DNA of 55,191 nucleotides from Paraglomus brasilianum (Eukaryota): the NCBI GenBank assembly GCA_910592345.1, contig CAJVPI010000095.1, forward strand, positions 1 through 55,191, written 5' to 3'. This document shows, piece after piece, positions 1 through 12,780 of the stretch. The notes under the pieces are model-generated. The model made no database searches. It had not been told where the DNA came from and saw only the letters and a program-made list of their open reading frames with translations. Every line of letters begins with the position of its first letter. Position 1 is the stretch's first letter. A program made the translations under genes and the position numbers.

Positions 1-164
1 TCGAAAACTTTGATTGGCTCGTTACAAGCATGCACATATAAGGATTTAATCTAGAGTAATTCCAGTCACTTTAGTCCCAATTTCACGACCAGAGTTAAGA
101 CATTAAAAATGTTACACTTGATGTCATGAAGTCCTTGGCAATTTTTTGCTCTTTTCGTTCACAT

Positions 165-375
165 GGTAATACGTTTGCTTGTGGGGATGAGAATATATGC
201 CAATCTCGTGTAGTTACTGATCAGACTATATCTGCTGTTCGTGTCGTCTCCTCGTACGTTACATTTTACAAGCTGAGATTCTGGCCGCATATTGGAAAGA
301 GCTTGCGAGGCGCTACCACACAAAAGCAATCAATTACTATTTTAAAATGGGCTGGGGGTGCTAATGATAAGGACG
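165..375 (+). pseudogene. Decayed C-terminal fragment of a Glomeromycota Crinkler-like/restriction-endonuclease-fold family gene
   Basis: Reads FACGDENICQSRVVTDQTISAVRVVSSYVTFYK, then after a frameshift EILAAYWKELAR and QKQSITILKW. This resembles expanded AM-fungal hypothetical proteins from recall; no search was run. Confidence 0.4.
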
Positions 376-630
376 AAGCAATAAGTTTATTAGTTAAGTG
401 TCACTTTTTACCATTTTATGAGGATCAAGATGAGTACATATTGTACTAATTGATCTATAAAAGTATGATAATATTATTTTGCTTTTGAGGCACAAGATAT
501 CCAATTTCGTTAAGATAGTCGACTGGATCATGTTTTAACTTTTCTTTATGTGTATCATATTATAATAACTGGATCACAGCGATATCATACTTAAACGTTG
601 TTTTATCATCATGAGAAGACTGTCAATTCC

Positions 631-945
631 AACAAATATTCTATCGCAATATAGAGCATGTATGGAAATACACGTAACGTTATAGACGATTGCGTATATA
701 AGTGATGATTAGATAAAGGTACAATTTGCGTATAGCTACATACACTAATCGGTACAATAAAATAAGACTTTTCTTTTCCGACTTCTAACAAATATTCTAT
801 CTATTGCAATATAGAGTATGTATAGAAGTAACGTTACTGAATGAAGATGAAGATTGCGTATATAAGTGATGATTAGATAAAGGTACAATTTGCGCATAGC
901 TACACACTAATCGTTACAATAAAACAAGCTTTTCTTTTCCGACTT
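631..945. repeat. Tandem duplication, about 156-bp unit x2
   Basis: AACAAATATTCTATC...GATTGCGTATATAAGTGATGATTAGATAAAGGTACAATTTGCG...TTTTCTTTTCCGACTT occurs starting at 631 and again at 787. Confidence 0.9.
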
Positions 946-1075
946 TTTGTGATGTCTAGTGACGACGACAAATTATAATAAACTGAAATAAAGCCATCAT
1001 CAGTATTACAATTTTCACGTCGAATGCTTATTCATTCATGCGCAAATGTATTCGACAAGAACTTCTTTATTTGTA

Positions 1076-1502
1076 CAGTGTGGGACAAAAAAAAAGTGAA
1101 ATTATATTTTAGTCTATTGTGTGATGAAAAAAAAAAATAAAAATCAAAATTGTCCAAAATTTATAATTATATCTTGTATAATATAGAGAACAAATTTGCT
1201 TAAGGACAGTTAATAGATTATTTTATTAAAATCTTTCTTAATTTATAAATTAATTTTTGGGGAAAAATATCGAAAAAGTAATTATAAGTAAAAAAACAAC
1301 AAAAACATTTTTTATAAAAAATTTTATTAAGGTATTTAATTAAATAAATTCGCTTGTAACAACATGAAGAACACATTTGAAAATTTTTATGTAAAAATAA
1401 TAGAATTTTTTGTTTCTTGTATAAAAATACATATATTTGTAAACTTTTATCATACTTTTTATATTAAAAAAGAAAAATTCCAATTTTTTTTGTCACACAC
1501 TG
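1076..1502. mobile_element. Tc1/mariner-type MITE (non-autonomous)
   Basis: TA|CAGTGTGGGACAAAAAAAAAGTGAAATT at the left end and AATTCCAATTTTTTTTGTCACACACTG|TA at the right. Imperfect TIRs, TA target duplication, very AT-rich interior. Confidence 0.85.
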
Positions 1503-1849
1503 TATTTGACAAGAACGTGTTGATCTCGCGCTTACAAATTGGATAGTTTCATTTTGCATTTTCGCATCAAGGTCACCAAGAAACCATAGGCATGTAAGAC
1601 TTTACTTCAAGGCGTACGATTATGGAGGATATGGAGAGACAGCCTATGTGGAAAAATTCAAAGCCGCATACCGTAATTTGACTGTTAACTTTATTAACAT
1701 TACAGATTATTCTATTCAATTGGTTAACCCTTCGATGCTCATAAAATGGTAGAAGTTACGCTTAACCAATAAACATATTATTACGTCCTCATCTTTAAGC
1801 GGAGGCAAAAGTTGCTTTACAGATTGTTTAACGTGTTATATCAACATTA

Positions 1850-2771
1850 GCCTTTAATCTTGTTTCCTTTCCTGCAATCACATCACCAATATGTCTGAGC
1901 ATACTATTAACTAAGTTAAGTAAAACTGATCTATCAATCGATTCCCATTCTTCTCTTATAAAATCTTTGAAATAATCAACTTTTACTTTTTTTTTGTAAC
2001 CAAGCATTTATTCACCTTCTTTTCAACCTTTCTTTTCATAATTGCCCATAGATTCTCAATTGGATTGAGATATAGGCTATTAGAAGGCCAATCCAGCACT
2101 TTTGGACATTTAGCCTTGAGTAATTCCTTAGCTGTATGCTTGTGATCATTATCTTGTTGAAAGATCCAAGATTTTCCATCATACTGGATGCACTCTCAAA
2201 TAAATTTTTATTGAGAATTTGCCTGTAAAGGTCTCCATTCATGTTTTCAGTAAAAATAAAATATCCAATAAGGCCTTTTGTTGAAAAAATGAGCTTTGTA
2301 AGAATGCTTGGGCATAGGCTCTCGTGGTAGTGGTTGATTTTTTTTATAATAAACTTTAATAGTATTTCTATACATCTGGAATGTGGTTTCATCAGAAATA
2401 CTACCTTTTTCCAATTCAATTCAGCATGGCTTAAAGCCACATTCTATTCATCTTTTTTTTAATTGGGCGAGATATCTGTACACAGTAGACAACGGGACAC
2501 CTGTTGTTTCAGAAAGAACTTTTGGCTTTCATACATTATTAGCCCACAATTGTCTTATAGTGCTTTTTTGCTGTGCGAGAGATAACCATTATTTTGAGGT
2601 AGATGTATAGTGCTAAATATAATACTTACCCTAAGGTTAGATAGCATAACTTTATTTATAATTAATGTGTAATTTATTCTGTAAAACCGTTTTTTAATTA
2701 GGGTAACATTGGCATCACAAATAAAATTTTATTGTGCACAAAAAAATTCTCATTACTTTTGCACACTACTG
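1850..2771 (-). mobile_element. Degenerate Tc1/IS630 DDE transposase remnant with one TIR
   Basis: Minus-strand motifs FSDET (~2395), FQQDND (~2155), [19 protein letters not shown] (2042-2099) and WESIDRSVLLNLVNSM, broken by frameshifts. Terminal TA|CAGTAGTGTGCAAAAGT at 2773-2755. Confidence 0.85.
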
Positions 2772-2987
2772 TAAATTTTACACACCAATGGTTTTGTTTA
2801 TTTATACAATGTAATTATAATAACTTTCCGTTGGTTTTTGTCTGTCATTATTGTTATTATAATACAACGAAGAGAAAATTGGTAATTACGTTGTGCATAA
2901 ATTATGTGACAATGTCGAAATAAATATCACTCTGAGCTTATTTTGATTTGGGTCGTCCCGATCTGTGTCAGAACACTTTTAATATTA

Positions 2988-3635
2988 CCGTATTTCTCCG
3001 ACATGAATACCCCCTTGTTCGTTTTAGTACCCGGGGTACTCGTGTATGTGTGTTGGGGGGGAGGGTACATCGTACTGATGGGGGGTACATATCTCGATTT
3101 GTTTCTTTAAACTTCTATTGGTTGCGGAGTCATGTTCTCGAAATTGTATATTATAATTAACGCGCATTATCAGATACTTCTAATACTGTATAGTATATAA
3201 AAAACTTCAAAATTAAAATGCAATTGCGATAAGATATTTATGGGAAGAAGTTGATATTCATTTGATTGTAAAAGCGTTTAAGTGTTGTGGTGTTTCAGTC
3301 AAAATGGACGAGACAGAGGACGATGTGGTGTTTGATTATGAATTGTTAGATGAGAATAAAATTCTGAAGTAATGAATTTCAATAGTATTGACGGTGAAGA
3401 ATATGAAGAAGTCGGAGGCAGTAATGTTTGGGAATAATCATAGTTTAATAAATTTGTTGTTATTTACTGAACAAATTTTGTGTTATCTCTGATCTTAAAT
3501 TTTAATTGGCTGTTAGAAGGAGGGTACAAATCGCAGGGGGGGGGGTATATATGCCGGAGGGATACCATAACTAATACCCGGATATAAATCAAAATTTGGC
3601 CTTCAAAATTGCCGCTCATGGGGGGAGAAATACGG
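2988..3635 (+). mobile_element. Internally deleted pogo/Tigger-like DNA transposon
   Basis: TIRs TA|CCGTATTTCTCC and GGAGAAATACGG|TA. The interior (3241-3345) encodes WEEVDIHLIVKAFKCCGVSVKMDETEDDVVFDY, a pogo transposase C-terminal motif. Confidence 0.85.
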
Positions 3636-3819
3636 TAATATTCTCAACATGTTCTGCAATCTAATGTTAGAATTGATTTATCCCCATAAAAAGTACGATC
3701 TGCATCGTCTAAATTTGGCAAAACTCCTGACTGTACTATATGTAGTAAGAATGATTTGTGTAACCATATTATGAAAATTACTGTCCATCATTCATCGATT
3801 ATGTATTTGACTTAGTACA

Positions 3820-6310
3820 ATGTCTGAAGAGTCTTCACCAGGGGTAATTGATGCCTTGCTTAATAGCAACGAAGAGTGAGTGTCTGTATTAGAACCACTC
3901 TTATACTCTTTCTTCTATGACAATGAAGCTTATTTACACGTTAAATACATCCAATACTCACTAGCTATGAACGAGTCACACGCGCAATAGACACCTTGAA
4001 CCGTCAGCTCGAACAGGCACGGGCTGACATAGTCACACTGAAACTAGCAAAACAGCATGGGTTGGCTGACCCGATTTCTCTTGCCGAAAAACTACGTGAT
4101 GGCGTAAGTCTACGAGAGCATTTACTTTCCACTTGCAATTAGAAGAAAACGATTGGTAAAAACACTACAGGTTGTCTTTTTTGATAGATTCGACTGATAG
4201 AAGTTTAAGTGCTTGTTTCTGCGTGTAGACTTTAGAACAAACACCAAACTGGCAGCGCATTCATAGAACGCCAAGTATAGATTGGTCTAGATACCCGCGA
4301 CGACCGTCATTGCGTATTGGTGGGGACACTACGCGATATCATCCTTACAGATCAAACAGTGAGACAAAGGTAATCAGCATAGACTTTCACTCAACCTCCT
4401 TTAAAACCTAACTCTTTGTCACTTAGTCTTTTCACTCACTGCTCGTTCTTTTCCAACAGCCATCTCTTACCTCTCCAACGAGCCCCACGTCGTCGACATC
4501 CCATTCTTCGATGGATGCCATATCGTCAATTATAACAAGCCCAGATGCGCCTCCAGAAGATCCATCTGATCTCATGGCATTTGTATTAAAAGTAGGCGCG
4601 TCAGTTGGATTATATCCAAAGAGAAAACAATCAAAGTCTGAATCCGAAGGATATAATGGTGATGGGGGAAGAAGGTGGAGTAGTGGGTATAGCGAGGCAC
4701 CGGCACGGGGAAAAGGAATTGGTAAGAGTATGGAATTGTTGTTCCCGTCAGAGAATGAAAATAAGAGGTAAAGACATGGAAGGATGGTGTGAAACCGCGA
4801 GCATTCCGGTGTGAAAGAGTCAGAGCAATCAAACGTTCAACACTTTTTATGGTATTCCAGGGTAACCAATGAGCCTAGTACCGTAAAGAACGATGTCGAA
4901 GAAATCAAGTCTGAGGATGTTGCAATGGAAACCAGTTCTGCTGCAGCAAATGCACGAGTGTATTCGGGTACATTTAGTGAATCCGGGAATATGGTAATAC
5001 AATAGTTACTTGTTGCGAATTAATGCTTATAGCCTATATAAACTCGTTTAAAATTACCATTTTGCAAAAAGACAGCAGATAACGACTTTTCAAAGCCAGC
5101 CAATCATAATGTTCCCTGGACTGATGAGGAACAGGTATTGACGGTTAAGGAAATTTGGAATTGTCTTATTTTACCATAATTTACCAGTTTTGTCTGAATT
5201 GCAGCGACGTTTGGTAGAATTATTACGAATATATCCAGATGAGGAAATTCAGTCGCATCGGTTCAAGAGGATTTCAATGGCACTGGGAACAAGGACGCCT
5301 AAACAGGTTTATTATAAAGTTAATTGATGAAGTGCATTTGTACGAGTTCATTAAATAATATTATTAACGGGAAATTTGATCAGGTTGCTAGTAGAATACA
5401 AAAATACTTCATAAAACTGGCCAAGCATGGGCTGCCTGTTCCCGGAAGAATGCCAAATTTAAACGTAAGTATATTATATTTAAACCATGATTACTGGATT
5501 TTTGCTGAAACGTGGCTCTAGTTCTCAGCATCCTCATCGATGATGAAAAATAAAAGTCCGGATGTGGTCTCCAAATCTAAATTTAAACCCACAAGACAAC
5601 CAGATAGTCGGCCGCGAAGACCACGGTATTTATATTGATCACGGTACATTCTTTATTGAATACTTGGTAATTGCTAACAAGAGTCACTGTTATTTCAGCG
5701 TATCGGGAGTAGCATACATGGATTCACAGACACCACCAACTATACTAATGAACGAAAACGATGACGATGTCATAGAAGTTATGTTAACGATAGTTGATGC
5801 TACTCAAAAAAGCATTGCCAACAAGGGAATAAAGGTCAATAAGAAATTTGTTTGAATATTGTACTTGTATTTAAGTGTGTGGAAATCAACTTGGGTATAA
5901 CTTTGTATATTACACTATTGCAGAATGGCAATAATGACGTTGCTGTGAATAACGTGATACACTATGGGTTTTGCGTAAGTGTATAATAATAGTGATCTCG
6001 ATAAACTTTACAACAAAGTTGACGCTAACATGATCCATTTCAGTGTGACAGCTGCCAGGTTGATCCCATAGTTGGCCCACGATATCAATGTGTTGATTGT
6101 ATGGAAAAAGACCAGGAAATTGATTTATGTGAAGTTTGCATGGAAACGGGCGATTTTGAAATAGGTATGAGTTCCACTCAATGTTGGACGTGACTTGGAA
6201 CATACATGTCTCACATAAAGTCATTTATTAATACATCCAGATGGTCATCAAAAGACTCACCACTTTGCATTACGAACAACACCCGAACCTACACAGTCCA
6301 GAGAGAATAG
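3820..6310 (+). CDS. ZZZ3: ZZZ3-like protein (coiled region, Myb/SANT-like domain, ZZ zinc finger), multi-exon
   Basis: ATG at 3820 and GT-AG introns. Exons give [82 protein letters not shown] and [33 protein letters not shown] at 6308-6310. Confidence 0.85.
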
Positions 6311-6521
6311 TATATAAAAAATCGCCGATATAGCTTATGCAGTGGCTGCTTGTATATATATATCTTTGGTTTCTATGGGCTAGTCTACAGTGTATTATTT
6401 CAATTAGCTGTAGGTTCATATTATATATCTGTTACAATTTACGTGATAATATATAATTTTGATCAAGTAGTACAGTTGTTAATATTAATTTCTTTCACCA
6501 ATATATTAATGTGAACACGAC

Positions 6522-8157
6522 TTATTCTAATCCGAACATATGGTACGCCAAATGCACAACCACAAGAATTATCTATAAACAAAAACAAGAAAATTTAGTT
6601 CAAACGGTTGACTGATGTGAACTATCAGCTGAATAAAAGAAATACACATACTGGTTGCCAGACAACGAGATATCGCACTCCATCTAATAAACTGAGATAC
6701 AGTTGTTGTTGTGTATCCCACCTGGAATCGAACAATTATAAAAAGTTAGCACATTAATTAGATACAAACGTCACGAATTTCGCATAAAAGACTTACGGAT
6801 TGGTCTTGAATTCTTTCATATCAACCTTTTCCTTGCTAAAAGCAAAGATTTGAATCAGCATTTACACATCAAAGTCAAGCTCTAACTACAGATGTCGCCA
6901 TATGAACATCATACATACCAATATGGACATATGTCTTTCTTTCCTATCAGACACCACCCTCGTATACATTCTTCATGGAACAAATGTCGACAGCTTAACT
7001 GATGTACTTTCTCATCCTCCTCACCGACGACACTACTAGCTGTCCCTCCACAAATAGCGCAGATATCCGCCTTCAGACCCTTACTAGGAAGACCATCTTT
7101 AGTATAATAGCCCAATGCAGATGCCATTCGGTCTGTGCATATCTCTACAATATCTCTGCTCAACACTCTAGGCACGACATATGGAAACGATAATTAATAC
7201 AGAACCTAATTCGATATGATGACATGATAGATCGACATACCCAAAGTATAGACCGTAAGAAAGCAGCATAATACCAAGATCTGCAACGGCTCCACCATCG
7301 TAGAATATCTTCACAATCTCAAAAAACTGAAGCATCAGTAAAATGTATCCAAATATTCCTACTGTATACGATACTTTATATACAGCGGCGAACCACCTAT
7401 ACACAAGTCTGGAACGTACATTCACATTAGTTATAATGTATACGAAAGTAACAAATAAGACTGAAATCAGACAAAGATTGCAAACTAACTTTGGAGTCTG
7501 CTGATCCAAGGGCTTTCTCGATGCAAGATGCAATACTAAAAGAGGCAAAAATAATTCGAATTAACCACCCAAGTAAAAAATTATAAAGAACGAGGAAAAA
7601 AGACGGTTCACAAAAGGCATATTAGGAAAGACATACTGTAGCCATTCAAAGCAGAATAAAGAGTCCAGATCGTGAGGAATCTCAAAAACTGGAAATATAT
7701 ACCAAATAGGTACATTGGTATTAACCTATATCGTACAGAGCATAAATATATGTTCGCTGGGATACAACAACGAAACAAGAGTAATAGACAATAATATATA
7801 CCACAACCCGATAAGAGTAACTATCTGGAATGATTGATAGTGCTTTTGTTTCCAGTATAATATTAGAAACTGGAAACTAAACAGTGCGACCAGCAAAATC
7901 AATGCCATCGTACTGTGCTGTGATTCATGTCCACTGTGCATCCGGGCGAACTCTTCTTGACTACTGGGTTTCACTTCACTGCAAGACAAATCGTGCAACA
8001 CAGTTAAATAAAATAATGGGCCGTAGACGAGCAAAAAAAAAAAAAAGAAAAAAAAGAGAGACGCTCGAAGAGGGACTGTTAAAATCACATACTGCTCGTA
8101 AGAGGTAAACCCTTCCACTGATGATATTGCTGCAACTTCATCAGTAATGTTGTCCAT
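6522..8157 (-). CDS. RNF121: RNF121/RNF175-like transmembrane RING-H2 E3 ubiquitin ligase, multi-exon
   Basis: [96 protein letters not shown], and a final exon IILVVVHLAYHMFGLE*. Confidence 0.9.
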
Positions 8158-9964
8158 ATTCCTAGTCTATATATTGTTCTTGTAATAAATATGTGAATAT
8201 TCTAAAGCTGCAGAAAGTTGAAAGCGCTTTGATATAGCATATCTGCTTGCATTGTGATTGGTTACGCAATAACCGTATTTGGGTCCGTTGATAAATTTAA
8301 GACAATGATTATCGTCGTGTCGATCCGGTAGTACGACTGGACAGATTAATACTAATGGCAGTAGAGCCAAGAGCATGGGAAAGCATCACCGAGTCTTATC
8401 GATGTTTTTGAATTTGTAATTATAGAAAGCAAACATACCAATAATAAAGCATCCAGAATGTTTCATGAATAAGCATGACTAGTTTCTCTGATCCAAATTA
8501 TCCAAGCACTAAAATATAATAAATTTGATTGTACAGTCTACTCCTCCCATTATCATCTGGGCTTGTTGCGATTTGGTCAGAACAGATACGTGAGGTTTGT
8601 TTGGCTAAGTGTACCCAACTGTGTACCCCATCGATATATCCGTTATCATTAAGCGCCATCCATATACCTTCTTGCCGACATATAGCAGTTGAGGCACAAG
8701 TTCTTCTCAGCACATAGTTTGCGGGCTGTTTTTGTTATAACGTTCGGTAAAGTTGATGATAATATCTCGTTCCTCGGCGTTGCATGCCTTCCAACTTTTA
8801 CACTGTTTACTTTCAAAGATTCATAGTTAAATCGTTGACTATCTTATCGACATATTGGTAAGGAAATGAGTTGATTGTTATGCTACAACGGTTAGAGTAA
8901 CGAATGAGCTTTATACTTCATTTAATAGCTTATGAGCAGAGGTTTTATTGTCATAAATTAATAGAGTATTTCTTCACAAATATTTCCATAATCAGCTTAC
9001 GTTTTTGTTTTATCAATTTCACTAAATTGATTAACATTTTATCAGAAATAGAATTTTATTCTTTGATTATAAACCGTGCCCTGACTTTCCACAATGTTTG
9101 AGTATACTTTCCCTACATTATTTTGGCCAATTACAATTGCCATAAATTTTCTATAGAATTTAAGACTGGACTATTGACAGGCCACTAATGGTCTTGCAAT
9201 GTATTCAAATTTAATCGAGATATTTTGTAATCAAATCTGACAGCAAAAATCTAGAGTTGAGCAAAACAAAGGTTTGAACTTGTTTGACAGTTTAAAAACA
9301 ACCGTAAGTGTTTACATTAAAATACAAAATAAATAAATAAATAAATAAATAAAATAAAAATTATATTGCATAAAATATACGCGTTCGAAGAGCTTCTATT
9401 TTTTTTGCCTTTTTTCGTGACACGCTGTATTAGTGAAACTGCAAAAGCTGTATTTCGGTAAATCATCGATTCACAGATTACCCAAAAATAATAATAACCG
9501 AATATCGTTCTAGGATTGCATTCCATCAACCTCACGGATCATTTTTCTCGTGCTTCAAATTTTCAATCGTTAGACAGCGCCCCAAGTATAAATCTTTGCA
9601 AAAGATAATTAACCAAAAATAGCTAGACGGTCTTATAGAAAGCTAATTAAAATTGTTACCTTAACTTTACATTTGCCAAATCTTGTAGATTGGTCGTTTT
9701 AGGGCGTGGAAGGTAAATTCAACACAGAATGTCAATCTTTCAATCATATATTTGAAATAGACAAAGTAATTCAGCTTATTAACTCCACTTCTCTGAAATA
9801 ACGTACTGTATATTAATATTGTTGGAATATAGATATAAATGAGGTGGGATATAAATGAGGTATTTATTTAAAAAATGCAATTTTATTGGTTAATAAATTC
9901 GATTAATGAAGTTTGGCGTTACTGATGTTATCCATACTTTAAGATAAATTTTTATTTTTTAATA

Positions 9965-11160
9965 TCGGAAAGGTTAAGCAACGCACACTGGTAAAACGAG
10001 CTTTCAACCTTGACTATATAGGTGGAGAGGTGAATCACAGTCTGGAGCATTTTATCCTTCACGTCGGCACAGTCTATGATGCATGGAAGAGCTCACGTGA
10101 CCATTATTATTCACCATATTTTGCCTTCTTCCAATCGAGTGGTACTGGAAATCAAAACTCTTTAATAGTCTAACAGATCTGTTCTAAAACAAAGCCTCAA
10201 CCTCAGCCAAACATTTAGACTTTTCATATTACTTCTCTTATTTTTGTGCTGTGCTTCAATTGTGGAACCAAGCACTGAAAATAAATCCTGAAGGTTATCG
10301 AAAAAATGGTTTAATGATGAGAAAGTTATCGATGAAAGTATTGTAGAAAAACACAAGGGCCAAGTTGCAGAATTTGACTCAGAAGAGGATTTCGAAAAAT
10401 ATACCGGAGAACTATTAGATGAAATGGTAGATGACCATGTCGAGTTTGTGTAATTTTTCTCCATTGGATACAATGCGCCGACACTCACCTGACTTTCTGT
10501 GTAAGTCCCGGCTTACGTCCTTCGAGTGCCTTCACCGACAACCAAACAACAGCATTTACACGTATATCTATCTACTTACGCACAATTACTACTTGATTTT
10601 ATTCGTAGTTGCTTCTGCTATAGTTCGATTCCCAGTGTATGCCATGCCGATAGCTTTGGTAAAAAGTGTGCCGGTTTAATATTAGCATATAATGAGAAAT
10701 CGTAAATCAAGATACTTTTTCTTTGTGCTGAACAAACAGAACCGATGAGTTGTTATATTAACAAAATACTTCGAGTAATGCGTCATCACTCAATTGATGA
10801 ACGTCTGCGGTGATAATTGAAAGAAGGCCGGTATTGGTAACTTCCTCGACCTTTCCCAATAGATAATACCAACGTTGCATTTACAAAAGATACAATAATA
10901 TACGCGTCATATTCGTCTAGTCATTGGAATTTCTTAGTTTCGTGGTAAGCCATATTTCAAGGTGAAATTCTAAAAAACGTGCAATACAGAATATTGAATA
11001 TGGAGGGGAATAGCAATAGCCAATAAATTATGAAGCCAAAACATCAGTACAATTAATCAACAACAACAGATAATGGTTCTCTTCTTCCAGCATAAGCATT
11101 TTTCTTGGCTTACTCCTCGCTCTGCTAGACTCGTGGTGCTTGATGAGATGTATTTAGCAG
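9965..11160 (+). pseudogene. Decayed P-loop NTPase gene (QSSGTGKS family)
   Basis: KRAFNLDYIGG...YYSPYFAFFQSSGTG, followed by a 1-nt loss in what would be GKSKL (10100-10165). Downstream coding-like sequence has many stops and frameshifts. Boundaries are approximate. Confidence 0.5.
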
Positions 11161-11361
11161 CCAATTGTCCGTATAACCATTAGTTTCGTGCATTGTTTAT
11201 AAATTGGGTTGAACAACTTGTTATTAGAACACAAACCAGTTCTATTTGATAATCACCGTCCAATTATTGGCTATAGAAAATCTATCGGCACAGATCTTTA
11301 AAAGCATGTTTGTGTTTCGCACAATAGCATTCTGAGAAAGCTTTGAACAAACTTGTATACT

Positions 11362-12780
11362 ATGTCAACTCCGAGCAAATGTGCGTCATATTGTTATTGT
11401 TTCCCGAGACTACTACTATGAGCAGGATTCTCACCAATAAAGAACGTGAATAATTTGTTAATAGTGTACATAGGTCACCTTTCGTCTAGAACAGAGAAGA
11501 GAGATCTCGAGGAACTGGTACGGGAAAAAAGTTGGCTCTTGCTTCGACAGTTTAATAAAACTATGTGTTATGATGATACAAGGTTTTTTTTCACACACTC
11601 TATTTTATAGTTCGAACGCTATGGGAAAGTACTAAGTGTAGAAGTTAAACCTATGGGATACGCATTTGTAGAGTTTGAGGTTAGGACACTGTCGAAACCC
11701 CCTCCAAGAGCGGGTGGTATCTCTGATATGCGGAAATTCATGCTGCTATTCCCGTCTCTTGCTTATTACTTTCGCCTTTATTTTTATAAAGGATCCTCGA
11801 GATGCGGATGATGCTGTTAAGCAACTAAATGGTTACGAGTTAGACGGAGCTCGCATTGCTGTCGAATGGTCACGTCGTTCAGGAGGACCGGGGAGTGGCT
11901 GTTTCTTATGTAGTGGGCAAGGTCATTGGGCCAGGGAATGTCCCGAAGCTAGAGAGAAAGGCATGGACGTGCGGAGCGGACGATGTTTCAGATGTGGGGA
12001 ACCTGGACATTTGGCTAAATATTGCAGGTATTTCACAATAAAATGGACACTTGTATGCTCGAAAAGATTATAGTTGGCTCAGGATCATCAACTCTTTGTA
12101 GGGGGGATGGCGAATACAGTAGAGGAAGAGGTCCATCAGGAAGGTCTTCTAGATACAATCGAGATAGGTCTCCCTATGATGATAGAAGACGTGATTATGA
12201 TGACTACGATCGACATCGTCGTTATTCCAGATCTCCTTCAGGATCGCCCGACAGACCTTACTCGCACTCAAGAAATAGATCTCGAAGTCCGTTATACAGA
12301 CGCACTCCTAGCCCCTCATATAATAATAACAAATATGATAATTATGGAAAGAGGAGCCCAAGTCCGTATGGGTAAGTGTTCCGTCATACTTTTCAACCCG
12401 TCTAGCTTTTTTTTTTTTTGTTTTTCTCTTATACCTTGTTTTGCTGTATGCGGTTTATATTTTATCTTTTGTATACGTACATGTGTTGGGGAGGGTGTGA
12501 GCGGTTTTTTCTGGACTTGTTCTGAAGTAATATTTCTGGAAGGGGCAAGGAACTCGTAGGAGGAGACAAGCGCATTTGGAAAGTGTGATGACTATATGAT
12601 CATTATTAACCGGATATTAGAATAATCAATAAGGAGACGAAAGAGATGGCACATAGGATTGTGGGATTATAGCTTACAAATTAACTTTTTTGCACATATT
12701 CAATGACATCGTAAACATCTTTCATAACATTCTGTCGGGAACTCTTTATTCGTAGCAGGCGTGGAAGACGATACGACTAG
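11362..12780 (+). CDS. SR splicing factor: RRM + two CCHC zinc knuckles + RS/SP domain (RS2Z-like), multi-exon
   Basis: Spliced product [93 protein letters not shown] repeats. A last intron (12372-12755) leads to GRRGRRYD*; unspliced, the stop is at 12375. Confidence 0.9.

Noticed and set aside
8167..8830. Possible small secreted protein, or in-frame TGA (selenocysteine) gene, upstream of RNF121
   Set aside because: No consistent spliced frame could be built on either strand, and there is no redox motif or SECIS. At most a decayed gene.
12583..12660. GTGATGA box C-like motif in the SR intron (snoRNA?)
   Set aside because: No downstream CTGA box D at a suitable distance and no terminal stem.
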